A stretch of 64,000 nt of DNA from positions 96,001 to 160,000 of the forward strand of contig CAVQNT010000002.1 in assembly GCA_963714275.1 (NCBI GenBank). The letters are read 5' to 3'. Below, piece by piece: positions 1-10,802 of this stretch (position 1 is the stretch's first letter; each line of letters starts with the position of its first letter). Position numbers and translations under genes: made by a program. Below the pieces are notes generated by a model that was given only the letters and a program-made list of their open reading frames with translations, did not search any database and was not told the origin of the DNA. The stretch is from Candidatus Bathyarchaeota archaeon. GTDB taxonomy: Archaea; Thermoproteota; Bathyarchaeia; Bathyarchaeales; DTEX01.

Positions 1-907
1 CAATTGTACGCTCTGTTTTCTGGACTATGGGCTGAGATAATGTTTCAAGTTTTGCCCTTGACAACATGATGTGAAGATGTTTTGGCCCAGACGCATCATT
101 ATATATGAATGGTAAATCAATATCGGTCGTCATCAACGCAGATAATTCGATTTTAGCCTTCTCTGAAGCCTCTTTTAACCTTGATATTGCCATCTTGTCG
201 TTTCGAAGGTTGATTCCTGTTTGCCTCTGGAACTCTTCAACAAGGTAGTCCATCACTGCCTTGTCTAAATCTGTGCCACCGATCTGTGTGTCCCCGCTTG
301 TTGATAAAACTTGAAAGACTCCTTTACCAAAGTCCATTATTGTTACGTCATGTGTGCCACCTCCGAAGCTGAAAACTAGAATCTTCATCTCCTTTTCCAG
401 TTTGTCAATTCCGAAGGCTAGGCAGGCTGCAGTCGGCTCGTTTATTATTCTTGCAACTTCGAAGCCAGCTATTTCTCCCGCGTCTTTCGTGGCTTGCCGC
501 TGATTGTCGTTAAAGTGCGCTGGCACTGTAATTACGGCTTTGTTTATTGTGATCGCAAGGTATGTCTCAGCATCTTTCTTTATCTTCTGAAGTATGAAAG
601 CTGAGATTTGCTGCGGATTGTATTCTTTTCCCGCAATGTTAACCTTATAATCGGTTCCCATTTTCCTTTTTATTTCGTAAACGGTTCCTTCAGGATTTGC
701 GGTTGCTTGCCTTTTTGCTGATTCGCCTATTAAGAGTGTTCCATCTTTAGTGATGGCGACAACTGAAGGAAACATTTTTCCTGCCATTGTTGGTCCTTCA
801 ACACTCGGAATAACGGTTGCTCGTCCACCTTCGTAAATGGCAGCTGCGGAATTGGTCGTTCCCAAATCTATACCAAGAATTTTTTCTCCAGGTTTTACAT
901 TACTCAT
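1..907 (-). CDS. dnaK: Molecular chaperone DnaK/Hsp70 (partial, runs off window start)
   Basis: Manual translation from ATG at 907: [23 protein letters not shown]..., later [32 protein letters not shown] and [10 protein letters not shown] Hsp70 motifs; start overlaps the grpE stop. Confidence 0.97.
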   Translation of the reverse strand, partial: MSNVKPGEKILGIDLGTTNSAAAIYEGGRATVIPSVEGPTMAGKMFPSVVAITKDGTLLIGESAKRQATANPEGTVYEIKRKMGTDYKVNIAGKEYNPQQISAFILQKIKKDAETYLAITINKAVITVPAHFNDNQRQATKDAGEIAGFEVARIINEPTAACLAFGIDKLEKEMKILVFSFGGGTHDVTIMDFGKGVFQVLSTSGDTQIGGTDLDKAVMDYLVEEFQRQTGINLRNDKMAISRLKEASEKAKIELSALMTTDIDLPFIYNDASGPKHLHIMLSRAKLETLSQPIVQKTERTI

Positions 908-1442
908 TTTTATTTTCCTCCTTTTGTGACTGTGACGGTTGTACAACAATCTTAACTATACTTGGTCTAATCACCTTTTCTCTTAAGGTATAACCTTTTC
1001 GAATTTCTTCGACTATTATGCATCCTTCAACGCCATTTTTTTCGGTTTTTGCGATGGCGTTGTGTTTTAAGGGATCAAAGGGCTCACCTACGCTTTTAAT
1101 AGGACAAACCCCCTCGTATTCAAGAATTTTCCTGAATTTTTTTAGAATCATTTCGACCCCTTGGACAAGGATTTCTACTGAGTTCGAAGAACGAGCAGAA
1201 TTAACAGCCATCTCCAGCTCGTCGACGACATCTAACAGTTCAGTTATAATACGTTCGTTGGAGTATTTCTGGACATCCTCTAACTTTTTGTCGAACCTTT
1301 TTTTAAGGTTCTCAAGATCTGCTCTGGTATATTGTAATTGTGTAAGGTATTCTTGTGAACGTTTTTTCTCGTTTTCCAGGGTCTTTTCTAATGCTTCCAC
1401 TTGTTCGTTGCTTTTTTCCTTTTCCTCTATCTTCTCGTCCAT
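900..1442 (-). CDS. grpE: Nucleotide exchange factor GrpE
   Basis: [20 protein letters not shown] and [12 protein letters not shown] motifs; directly upstream of dnaK. Confidence 0.95.
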   Translation of the reverse strand: MDEKIEEKEKSNEQVEALEKTLENEKKRSQEYLTQLQYTRADLENLKKRFDKKLEDVQKYSNERIITELLDVVDELEMAVNSARSSNSVEILVQGVEMILKKFRKILEYEGVCPIKSVGEPFDPLKHNAIAKTEKNGVEGCIIVEEIRKGYTLREKVIRPSIVKIVVQPSQSQKEENKNE

Positions 1443-1760
1443 CTTATCAATCTCATTAGGATTCGTAGTTTCTTAGCTGTACAAACAAAAATATAAACAT
1501 ACATTTTGTGTAAGGATTCAAATCCCCTTTTAAATAGTAGACTTGAATAAGTGACCTTTTTCTTTAAGAAGAAAATAACCGATATCATATGCAATTCATG
1601 TTAAGTCTCTTTATTCATTCCAGAAAATAATGGATTCTTACTGTGTTTAAAATATAATTTAGGTCAGAGACATGTGTCTGTAATCTTTTAATCAAATCTG
1701 TGTTTCTCATTTACAAAGCTTAAAACTGAAAAATACAAACTTTTTGCAGGATGAGAAATT

Positions 1761-2718
1761 ATGAAAACAATCGATGTTCCTCAAGGATTAGAAAAATACA
1801 AAGAGACTGACATGAAGCTTCTTACAGGCGAAAAAGTTGAAAGCATACTGGGCATGTCCCCAATCTCAAAACTTCGAAACTATGTATTGTGTAGCTTAAT
1901 TGCATTTCTTGGATTCCAATTATGGAGCATATTCAGCCAAACAAGCGTTTCAGTCGAGTTACTATTTCCCGCTTTAATAACATTAATAGTAACATATTTC
2001 ATGTGGACATACAAAGTGACAGAAAGTGGCAAAAACCTAATATTTAGCATATTCAAGTACCTGTTTTACATTTCATTGCTTAGCTACCTAATCACATTCA
2101 TGGGTTCTATACTAGGCCCTATTATCACGACATTTAATCCAAACTTTACTGGTCCTAGCATCAATCCAGCAGATAACATAAACAACATTCTTTCATCCAT
2201 AACATACGTAATAAACGAAAACTTAATTCAATACTCCCAATACGGAGAACTTGCTGGCCTAGGACTCATTGCAGCGAGCTTTATTGATCTTACCATTCAT
2301 CTACATGAGCACAAGAGGAAGGCTTTACTACGTATCAAACAAAAGAATAATTGTTAGAGAAAAATCTGGAACAGTTCAAGTTACTACACTTCCACTTGAT
2401 AAAATCGTGGAAGTAACAGCTTTCCAAGGATTTTTTGGTAGACTTCTAGGTTACGGCGACGTGATACTCACAATGACAAGCGGCGAAGGCACATCAGAAA
2501 CTTTACGTCCAAAACCAGTTTCCCCATTGGGTGACTTTTACCGAGTAAAACGAAGATTAGAAGGAATAAAAGACATCTGGAACACAAAGGATCTGATATT
2601 AACACTGAGAGAAAGATATGTTCAAGCAAACTACCTAGAAAACATGGAGAATGAACTTAAGAGAATAAGGGAAGCAGTCGAAGAGAAACCTTTGAAACCT
2701 CTTCAATATGTAAAATAA
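1761..2718 (+). CDS. Membrane protein with C-terminal bacterial-type PH (bPH_2-like) domain; frameshift near 2275
   Basis: Hydrophobic ORF 1761-2357 joins overlapping ORF 2269-2718 (YYVSNKRIIV...QGFFGRLLGYGDV, typical of bPH domains). Confidence 0.65.
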
Positions 2719-2858
2719 AACAATGAGTTTTAAAAAAAGTCTATTATTTATAATTTATTTAGTTATATAATATAAGTCTTGGAATTGCGGTTCTCATAGG
2801 ATTTACTAGTCAGCTAATAATATGAGAGAGAGAAAGATTAAAATAAATTTTTTAGCTG

Positions 2859-2984
2859 TTATTTTTGTACTCGTTTCTCTCCAATGTAATATAATGACCA
2901 ACCAATGAACCACAAGAAACAGACTGCTGGAAGAGCTACAAAAACAAGTAGTCTACTTCTACCACGTCTACCTTCAATTAACAT
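2859..2984 (-). CDS. Small 41-aa single-pass membrane protein (below ORF-track cutoff)
   Basis: Manual translation MLIEGRRGRSRLLVFVALPAVCFLWFIGWSLYYIGEKRVQK: basic N-terminus plus one clean TM helix. Confidence 0.5.
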   Translation of the reverse strand: MLIEGRRGRSRLLVFVALPAVCFLWFIGWSLYYIGEKRVQK

Positions 2985-3461
2985 AGTAGAAAATGATAAT
3001 GTAAACAGAAAAAGCGTTATGAACTAGTAATCTAGTCTCAAGATATACAGCTAAGGATCAAGATGTGAAGTTAGTATTTACTATTTTTTCCTTTTACCAA
3101 AAAGAAATGTGCCATCCTGCAAAAATGTGGGAATGAGCTTCACAGACTGTCAAGATGTTTAGTAAAACAGTAAACAAATACAAATAGAATAAAAAATATG
3201 CAAATCCACTAATTTTCTTTAAAAAAAATAAAAAAACTTCAACTTAGAGCTAGATATTCTAAATTCCCACACACAACATCCCCAAAAAGGGTCCGTAACT
3301 CAGCTAACGATTTATACGACATACGGGATATGTGCGTGGACACAAGTATAAAGAACAAGAATTTTTTTTTATCTCATCTCATCCTTACCAAATGTTCTCT
3401 AAAGAAAGTCCTAAATGCATATAATGTTAAAATAATGGTAGTTTGTTAAGGAGAGGATTCA

Positions 3462-4388
3462 ATGTCGGTGCTTGCTGTCTTTAATGGTTTTCGTTGGTTC
3501 AAGCCTTATATAGAAATTTGCAGAGTGGAAAGCTGGTTAAGCTGGGTTTTCGGTTTTGCTTTTGGAACCGTCTTTTTCAGTTTCCCTTTACTTGGTCAAG
3601 CTATAACTATTTTCTTTGCCTTCTCTTTTGCGACAGCAAGTATCTTTATCTTAAATCAATATTTTGATCGTCAAGCAGATGAAAAGAACATATTAAAAAT
3701 GAAACTGCCCATAGCCTCCGGGCAAATATCGCCATGTAACGCCCTAATCTTCTCCTTCCTACTAATTATTTCATGTTTTATACTGGTTTTCATAGTAGAC
3801 ATTAATCTGTCTCTACCTCTATTCCTTTACCTTGCTCTCTGGGCTTTGTACTCAGCACCAACTCCCAGACTAAAGTCCATGCCGGTCATAGACTTCTTAA
3901 CCTCAGGTATTGGTGCTGGATTTCTTCCCTTCTTCATAGGTTCAAGTGTTACACTTCAGCCCAACAGCAGCATCTCACTCATCATACTTGCAACTACACC
4001 TCTGATACTTTTTCATTGCGGGGCTCACATAGTTCAAACCATAGGCGACTACGAAGCTGATCGAGAAGCAGGCATCAGCACTTTTGTCGTTAGATACGGG
4101 AGGAAGAAAGGAGTAACAATTGCTGGACTCATGTTCTTATCAGCTTTTCTTTTACCCTTCATATGCCTATTTACAGGATTAGTCTCTCATAGTCACCTAG
4201 TCTTCTTTACCATGTTACTTCTACTTTCCATACCCCCTCTGTTACGCTTTAAACACCTATTCAAAAATCCCTGTTCAAGCAGCGTCATCAGCCTACAAAA
4301 GTCAGTGAAGAAATACGGAGTCCTTGCATTGATAATCACTTGGATTTATATACTAATGACAAAACTTGTTCTTACAGGTTTTTTCTGA
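3462..4388 (+). CDS. UbiA-family prenyltransferase
   Basis: Polytopic membrane protein with NQYFDRQADEKN and GDYEADREAGIST Asp-rich motifs and YSAP..RLK. Confidence 0.9.
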   Translation: MSVLAVFNGFRWFKPYIEICRVESWLSWVFGFAFGTVFFSFPLLGQAITIFFAFSFATASIFILNQYFDRQADEKNILKMKLPIASGQISPCNALIFSFLLIISCFILVFIVDINLSLPLFLYLALWALYSAPTPRLKSMPVIDFLTSGIGAGFLPFFIGSSVTLQPNSSISLIILATTPLILFHCGAHIVQTIGDYEADREAGISTFVVRYGRKKGVTIAGLMFLSAFLLPFICLFTGLVSHSHLVFFTMLLLLSIPPLLRFKHLFKNPCSSSVISLQKSVKKYGVLALIITWIYILMTKLVLTGFF

Positions 4389-4731
4389 GGATCATTCTTT
4401 TTCCGGCACGTATGAAAATCCAAAATCATCCCATTAATCAATTGAAAAGATACAAACTATTCTACCTCTATTAATACGATCTCTTAACCTCAAGCCTTTA
4501 TCACTCTAATGTAAGACACCAAATTAGCTAGTCTTGAAAAAAATAGTCCTCTTTGTCATAAATATTCACATACCCTTTTGGGCATTTAAGTGTATTATAC
4601 CTCAAGATTGCCTTCTCGATCTTTCTGTGTCTGTCTCCATGTGGTGAGTCTAAGTAGTTAAGAAGGAAGGAAAATACAAAGAAGAAGAAAAAGATTAAAA
4701 TTTTGCTGATTATAGAAAAGCTTCCCTTATT

Positions 4732-4798
4732 TATCTTATTAAGCTTCTCTTCTAAAAACCATTATGAAAACTATCTTCCTCCTATCTTATTAGGCTTC
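4732..4798 (+). repeat. 16-bp direct repeat pair TATCTTATTA(A/G)GCTTC upstream of surface-protein gene
   Basis: Copies at 4732-4747 and 4783-4798, 15/16 identical. Confidence 0.5.
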
Positions 4799-4855
4799 CA
4801 ATTTTGACTTAATCCAACTTACCAAAAGACTTAAAGAAAAAAGAAGAGGAGAAAA

Positions 4856-5455
4856 ATGAAAAGATCAATACCGCAGATAATGACAACTGTTCTAGTGCTG
4901 ATGTTTATCTCATCATCTTCAATTGCAATTCGAGCGTGCGAAGATCCAAGCCCAATGATTACTCTATCGCCTAATGTCGGATTTGTTACAATGATATCAG
5001 GGTCAGGATTTGGGTCACAAAAATATATAACCATCAAATGGGATGGGACTCCAATTCCAACATACCCGGCTTCTGTAAAAACTGATTCTAACGGTGTTTT
5101 CACTTGCATGATTGTGGCATATGAACAACCACCAGAAGGCGGCACATTCACGATAACAGCCACTGATGGACCTAATTCAGCTTCTGCATTATTTACTGTT
5201 CCACTTACTTTAGGACAAACTGGGCAGCAAGGACCAAAAGGTTCTCAAGGTGAGACTGGACCAGCAGGAGCAGAAGGAAAAGATGGAATTAATGGAACAC
5301 AAGGACTACAAGGTAACACAGGCGCTACTGAAGAAGGACCAATCGGACCAGCAGGTGAAATACCTTGGCTCTTAATCTATACTATGCTTGGACTATCAGC
5401 AACATCCTTTATAGTTGCTTATTCCGCATATTCGAAAAGGAGATACGAAATATAA
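4856..5455 (+). CDS. Secreted, C-terminally anchored protein with Ig/IPT-like domain and collagen-like Gly-X-Y repeat
   Basis: Signal peptide, beta-rich ITLSP..SGSGF domain, GQTGQQGPKGSQGETGPAG... run, C-terminal TM plus basic tail. Confidence 0.8.
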   Translation: MKRSIPQIMTTVLVLMFISSSSIAIRACEDPSPMITLSPNVGFVTMISGSGFGSQKYITIKWDGTPIPTYPASVKTDSNGVFTCMIVAYEQPPEGGTFTITATDGPNSASALFTVPLTLGQTGQQGPKGSQGETGPAGAEGKDGINGTQGLQGNTGATEEGPIGPAGEIPWLLIYTMLGLSATSFIVAYSAYSKRRYEI

Positions 5456-5685
5456 AAAAAAACAATTATCTCCCCCTTTTTTGTTTTTTAAATTTTCAAA
5501 AAATTGAAATAATATTCAACATCTCGGTCGTTTTGAGCAAAACAAATAACACGCCAACATTTCGAAGTAATTCGCAGTTTAAGCACAAGCCTTAGGGATA
5601 AAGTTAAAATAACGGATCGTTCTGATGTTTAACCGTTTCCACCAAAAACATAATAAAAAAATAGTGAAGATTTGGAGGATAAAGT

Positions 5686-6987
5686 ATGAGTAAATCAGAA
5701 AAACCGCACTTAAACCTAGTAATCATTGGGCATATTGACCACGGAAAATCCACAACAACAGGCCACCTCCTCTATCTATCAGGAGTGGTTGACGAAAGAA
5801 CAATCAAAGCTTTCGAAGAGGAAGCAGCCAAGATGGGCAAGTCAACGTTCAAGTACGCATGGGTCCTCGACAACCTGAAGGAAGAAAGAGAAAGAGGAAT
5901 AACGATTGACCTCCGTTTCCTAAAGTTTGAGACTCCTCATTTCTTCTTCACAGTCATCGACGCTCCTGGACACAGAGACTTCGTTAAAAACATGATTACG
6001 GGCGCCAGCCAAGCGGACGCCGCCATACTCTTCGTTTCAGCCAAGAAAGGCGAATTCGAGTCTGGAATAGGCGCTGGCGGACAAACAAGAGAACACGCTT
6101 TTCTCGCCTTCACTTTGGGAGTCAGGCAGCTTGTCGTTGCCATAAACAAGATGGACGATCCATCAGTCAACTGGGGTAAGGAACGATACGACGAGATCAA
6201 GAACGAAGTTAGCCGCATGATTAGGCTTGTCGGCTACAACCCAGCTGTCATTAATTTTGTGCCAACCTCAGGGTGGACTGGAGACAACCTAGTTAAGAAG
6301 AGCGACAAGATGCCATGGTATGATGGACCATGCCTATACGATGCCTTGGACAAGTTGACGATACCTCCGAAACCAACTGACAAACCCTTACGTCTACCTA
6401 TTCAGGATGTCTACACGATCACAGGCGTTGGAACAGTTCCTGTTGGAAGAGTCGAAACTGGCGTACTGAAAGAAGGCGACACACTGTTGTTCATGCCGTC
6501 GAATGTTACGGGTGAAGTGAAATCAATGGAAACCCATCACGTCAGAATTCCGAGGGCTGAACCAGGTGACAACATCGGTTTTAACATAAGAGGCGTCGCC
6601 AAGAATGACATTAAAAGAGGCGACGTAGCTGGAAGTCCCAGTAACCCACCAACAGTGGCAAAAGAGTTCATTGGACAAATAATCGTCATCCACCATCCGA
6701 CAGCCATAGCTGCTGGATACACTCCGGTTCTGCACGCCCACACCTCTCAAGTAGCATGCAAGTTCTCGGAACTAATCAGAAAGATGGATCCCCGAACAGG
6801 GCAAACAATCGAAGAACACCCAACTTTCCTGAAGACTGGAGACAGCGCCTTGGTAAAATTTGAACCTCTTCGCCCAATCTGTCTAGAGGTTTACACAGAA
6901 TTCCCGGAGCTAGGACGATTCGCAGTACGTGACATGGGAACAACCATCGCTGCAGGTGTGGTCAAAGAAATACCTGTCAAAGGTTAG
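5686..6987 (+). CDS. tuf: Translation elongation factor aEF-1 alpha
   Basis: [26 protein letters not shown] and NKMD motifs. Confidence 0.99.
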   Translation: MSKSEKPHLNLVIIGHIDHGKSTTTGHLLYLSGVVDERTIKAFEEEAAKMGKSTFKYAWVLDNLKEERERGITIDLRFLKFETPHFFFTVIDAPGHRDFVKNMITGASQADAAILFVSAKKGEFESGIGAGGQTREHAFLAFTLGVRQLVVAINKMDDPSVNWGKERYDEIKNEVSRMIRLVGYNPAVINFVPTSGWTGDNLVKKSDKMPWYDGPCLYDALDKLTIPPKPTDKPLRLPIQDVYTITGVGTVPVGRVETGVLKEGDTLLFMPSNVTGEVKSMETHHVRIPRAEPGDNIGFNIRGVAKNDIKRGDVAGSPSNPPTVAKEFIGQIIVIHHPTAIAAGYTPVLHAHTSQVACKFSELIRKMDPRTGQTIEEHPTFLKTGDSALVKFEPLRPICLEVYTEFPELGRFAVRDMGTTIAAGVVKEIPVKG

Positions 6988-7010
6988 CAGGATAATAGCC
7001 AAAGAATACT

Positions 7011-7030
7011 ATTTTCTCTTTTTTTCTTTT
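7011..7030 (+). terminator. Probable T-rich archaeal terminator after tuf
   Basis: ATTTTCTCTTTTTTTCTTTT just downstream of the stop codon. Confidence 0.4.
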
Positions 7031-7052
7031 ATAGAATCCCAGAATATTAAGT

Positions 7053-7610
7053 GTGACTGTAATCTTGAACGAAAGCAAAGTTGAAGTAATGTATTTCTAT
7101 TCCGATATGCATGAAAACGAGAGGAAACTTTCTAGGATTACTAGGAAGCTCGGTCAAGAACGGAAGGACATACATATACGCTTGGTCAACATTGACGACC
7201 CTGAAAACGATGAACTGACGGAACTTTACGGTGTGGACACGGTTCCGCTTTTGGTTTTTTTGACTCCAAGAGGCGAAGTTGCTGCTAAGAGGTTTCTGCC
7301 TTTATCGGCTGAAAAAGTCGTGTTTGAGATTACAGATCAAATCAACAAGGGGGAGCTTCCAAACCCCGTTGTGGAAGAGATAAAGACAAAGATTCTCGAC
7401 ACATTAAAAGCGGTAACTAAAAGAAGCGATCTCACAGAACTCGTAGCGGAACAATTCGAGGACGACCTTGTTGAAGCAAGCGGAAAATCAGAATTGTATG
7501 AAATGATAAATTCTCACATCAGCGCCATTAACCACGCAATAAGCGATCTTGAAGAGTTTAAAAGGGTTCTACAAAGGTATTCAAAGAATCAGGGAAATTT
7601 CGTTGCTTAG
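7053..7610 (+). CDS. Thioredoxin-like fold protein without cysteines plus helical C-terminal domain
   Basis: LVNIDD...ELYGVDTVPLLVF cis-Pro-like motif of Trx fold; no Cys in the protein. Confidence 0.55.
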   Translation: MTVILNESKVEVMYFYSDMHENERKLSRITRKLGQERKDIHIRLVNIDDPENDELTELYGVDTVPLLVFLTPRGEVAAKRFLPLSAEKVVFEITDQINKGELPNPVVEEIKTKILDTLKAVTKRSDLTELVAEQFEDDLVEASGKSELYEMINSHISAINHAISDLEEFKRVLQRYSKNQGNFVA

Positions 7611-8380
7611 CTAATGTACGAAATTTTCTCTTCTTCTATTCTGCGTCTTGTTTTTTCAGTGTTTCTTCTTTGTTCCTCGATTTTCCGCATTCTGTCTTCG
7701 ATCTGTTCTGACTTTGTGATCTCGTTGTCTAGGCCTGAAAGGTCAACGTCGATATTCAGTATTCTCGAAATCGCTTTAACGACACTCTTAGCTGCCTTCG
7801 GGTCAGGTAAATAGCCCGGTGTTTCCGCAAGTAAACAGGCAGCCTCCAAATTTCGAAGATTCGCTAATCCAATGAGCAGCCCAGCTGTTCCCACTATCGG
7901 GCTTCCCGGCGGACTGCTTTTTATTCCTGAGTCTGAAGCCTTTGATAACAGTTCTTGGCTTGTTGCTGACATGTAGATTTGCGGTTCCGTTTTTACCTCG
8001 GTTCGGTATCCGCCTATTGTTATGACCAACTTTACATTGTTTTGTTCAGCAAATCCTAATATTGCGTCTGCTACTTCATATTGGCCTTCGATCGTTTGGG
8101 GTTGGGTATCACCAGTCAGCAGGATGAGGTCGTTTCCTCCACGTTCGTTTCTCCAATAGTGAAACTCGGATCGAAGTAGCCTAATTGAACCCGCCTTGTT
8201 TACCAGAACATAATATGCGTAATGTGGAGAGTACAGTTCCGCTATTTTTTTAGCTTTCAACCATTTTATGAGGTATTCAACAGCTATTTTTCCAACCATT
8301 CCCTGTCCTGGGAGGCCTTCTATTAGAACGGGATTTTTTGGCTCAACTTTTTCTTTCACTATTATTGTTGTCTCTTTCAT
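7607..8380 (-). CDS. PAC2-family proteasome assembly chaperone
   Basis: IEGLPGQGMVGKIA, TIGGY and ETPGYLPDPKAA; conserved position after nop10. Confidence 0.92.
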   Translation of the reverse strand: MKETTIIVKEKVEPKNPVLIEGLPGQGMVGKIAVEYLIKWLKAKKIAELYSPHYAYYVLVNKAGSIRLLRSEFHYWRNERGGNDLILLTGDTQPQTIEGQYEVADAILGFAEQNNVKLVITIGGYRTEVKTEPQIYMSATSQELLSKASDSGIKSSPPGSPIVGTAGLLIGLANLRNLEAACLLAETPGYLPDPKAAKSVVKAISRILNIDVDLSGLDNEITKSEQIEDRMRKIEEQRRNTEKTRRRIEEEKISYIS

Positions 8381-8541
8381 TCTTTAAGCTGCCTCATCAT
8401 GCCCTTGTATCTAGCGTATCTGTCTTCGGGTGAAAACTTGGCTGGATGCGGTATACGGGGTTCTCCGCCACAATACGGACATTTATCTTGCTTAAGCGTA
8501 TATTTTCCGCATTGCGTGCATTTTCTGGTCAACCACACCAT
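8377..8541 (-). CDS. nop10: H/ACA RNP protein Nop10 (missed by ORF track)
   Basis: Manual translation MVWLTRKCTQCGKYTLKQDKCPYCGGEPRIPHPAKFSPEDRYARYK... Confidence 0.95.
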   Translation of the reverse strand: MVWLTRKCTQCGKYTLKQDKCPYCGGEPRIPHPAKFSPEDRYARYKGMMRQLKE

Positions 8542-8546
8542 GAAGG

Positions 8547-9339
8547 CTATCCTCTTTCGAAGACTCCTTGTCCCCCTGCCTTAACTATACCCTCAATAGC
8601 GGTGTCAGCAACCCTCTTCATAATGTCATTTGCTTCTTTGTGGTCACTCGCCGTTACTTCTATTCGGTACTTAGGCGGGGAAACAGTGAATATTTCAACT
8701 TTCGCTCCACGAGACGTTGTGACCGTTTGAGCTTTTTTTAGAGCTTCCCTAATTTGCTCGACGCCGTCTGGTTTTAGACAGCTAATGTTCAAGTTTCCCT
8801 TTGTCTTAACCACGGAAATTCTAATCTTGTCCTTGGCAATCTCGGCAAGAGCCTCAGCTAATTCTTTTGGCAACCCCTTTTCTAAGAGAACATCCAATCC
8901 TTCTTTTGCAGCTTTATCGAGTCCTTCATACGCTGTTCCGAATGCTTGTTCAAGTGGCACCCAAGCCTTTTCATGAAGTTGTTCCATGGGTATCCCAAGT
9001 TTCTGGGATGCACTTCTCAGTAGGCTTTCAGCCTTTTTTGTCTGTTTCCATTGAAGTGTTGTTTCTCTTCTCTCGCTTCTTGTTACCCTTCTCAGGGAAA
9101 GGTCGATGAGTTGCTTTTCAGGGTCTACTCTTAAAACTTTCAGAACTACTTTTTCTCCATCGTGGACGTAGTCGCGGATGTTTCTTACCCAACTTGAAGA
9201 GATTTCGGAGATGTGCAGAAAGCCTTCCTTATCGTACTCGTCTAACTTGACATAAACGCCATAATTCGTTATTCGACTGACTGAAGTTATTACGAGTTCG
9301 CCTCAGCTCCGGCCACTCTTCTCTTCTTAGGAGGGACAT
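8547..9339 (-). CDS. eif2a: Translation initiation factor aIF-2 alpha; single frameshift near 9303
   Basis: MSLLRREEWPE / GELVITSV...YGVYVKLDEY...HISEISSSWVRNIRD S1 domain continuous with ORF 8547-8987 (SPPKYRI). Confidence 0.95.
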
Positions 9340-9349
9340 CCTTTTTTCT

Positions 9350-9547
9350 TTACTCCAAAACTTTTACGACTTCGCCCTTGATATTAGCCTTGCCACCAGT
9401 CGGTTCGGCAAGTGTTGTTCCACAAATGTTGCAGTGAACAACGGTTGCCACGTGGCTGAAGATTGACTGCTCGTTTCCGCAGTCTGGACATTTTACCTGA
9501 ACAAACGTTGTTCGAGGTTTAGGTATGATTTTATCCCATTGACTCAT
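9350..9547 (-). CDS. rps27e: 30S ribosomal protein S27e
   Basis: [10 protein letters not shown]...[16 protein letters not shown]. Confidence 0.97.
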   Translation of the reverse strand: MSQWDKIIPKPRTTFVQVKCPDCGNEQSIFSHVATVVHCNICGTTLAEPTGGKANIKGEVVKVLE

Positions 9548-9569
9548 TTTTCCATCATCGCCTTTTTTA

Positions 9570-9854
9570 TTATTGGATAGTCACTTTTCTTAGCCTGATT
9601 CCTTTTCTCTGTATCGTGAACCCACATTTTCTGCATCTGAGCTTAAGAGCCTGTTTCTTTGTAGTTTTTGCCTTTCGCTTCAACATAGGATACTTTTGTC
9701 CGCCGTACCCGCTTCTTTCACGTTTGTGGCGGCGTTCTCCGAGGGCGAGAGCTCGTCTCTTTCCTTCCTTGTAAAGTGAAACGTTGTGTGAAGTATGCGT
9801 CTTGCACTTCGGGCAGTACGTGGAAATCTCTTTAGGCACGTTCAATTCGGTCAC
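9570..9854 (-). CDS. rpl44e: 50S ribosomal protein L44e
   Basis: [10 protein letters not shown]...GYGGQ...KAKTTKK...CRKCG. Confidence 0.97.
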   Translation of the reverse strand: MTELNVPKEISTYCPKCKTHTSHNVSLYKEGKRRALALGERRHKRERSGYGGQKYPMLKRKAKTTKKQALKLRCRKCGFTIQRKGIRLRKVTIQ

Positions 9855-9898
9855 TCAGTCTAGACTAACAAGTATAGAAGACCTTAAGAAAATAGTAT

Positions 9899-10525
9899 TT
9901 AAACCTTGTGAGGAAAATGGTCTGAAAGTTTACGCTTGTCGTTGTCTACGGAGTAGACGATGCCACCTTGTTCATCCCTTTTACCATACGGGTATGGAGC
10001 AGGTTCCATTGTGTGGGGTTTTGGGGTAATCTTGAGTCCTATGTACGCCGCAGCTATGGCGCTGACTGGATCGATGGCATAAATTAGTATGTCCAACAAT
10101 GTTGGTACTTGGTGTAGTTCATCGTACACTTCAGGCATCTGACCTGCTAAATCTATCCACGACATGTTGCTGAAGTATAGGGATGCTATATTTATGACAT
10201 TGATTATGGCGTCCGAAAAGATGTACACGGCAAGAGCGATTGTTATGGCTTCATCAAGTCTTCTGGTTTTGAAAAGAAAAATTGACACTAAAGCTCCGAC
10301 GAATGAGGGAAGGAAATACAGTTTGATTCCAGACGGAGTGAAAGAACCTATCATGATTGCGAGGAAGGCTCCAAGCAAGCCTGCTTCTAGAAGTTTTATT
10401 GTCGGAGCAGCTATGGGAATGGGTATTTCGCGTCTTCTCCTGATTGTAGCGCCACAGTTTGGGCAGTATTCAGCTCCGTTTGGTAGAGGTAATCCGCATT
10501 TTTCACAGTTTGCCACATAAATCAC
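9899..10525 (-). CDS. Zinc-ribbon domain membrane protein
   Basis: CEKCG...YCPNCGA N-terminus followed by several TM segments. Confidence 0.75.
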   Translation of the reverse strand: MIYVANCEKCGLPLPNGAEYCPNCGATIRRRREIPIPIAAPTIKLLEAGLLGAFLAIMIGSFTPSGIKLYFLPSFVGALVSIFLFKTRRLDEAITIALAVYIFSDAIINVINIASLYFSNMSWIDLAGQMPEVYDELHQVPTLLDILIYAIDPVSAIAAAYIGLKITPKPHTMEPAPYPYGKRDEQGGIVYSVDNDKRKLSDHFPHKV

Positions 10526-10802
10526 CGACTTTTACTTTGTTTCCCGTATCTTCTATACAACGGTTCCGCATTATTAAAACTTCTTGCTTTCCCAAATTTT
10601 GCATCCGTACGTCGTTGGCGTTAAGAATAAGGGGTCTGTTTTCGGTTTTTGAGGAGCATGCAACGTTGTTTTATTGTTGGGGGCTTCGTTGTCTAGGCAG
10701 GCAGTCAAAATCTTAGGTCTGAACTATGTGTGTTCTTGTTTCACACGCCAATCCTAATACATGAACAAACTGCTTATCGAAAGTTCATAGGATGAATATG
10801 AA

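Noticed and set aside
3289-3305. GGGTCCGTAACTCAGCT resembling the 5' end of an archaeal tRNA (possible att remnant)
   Set aside because: Only 17 nt with mismatches; no anticodon or T arm follows and no integrase is in the window
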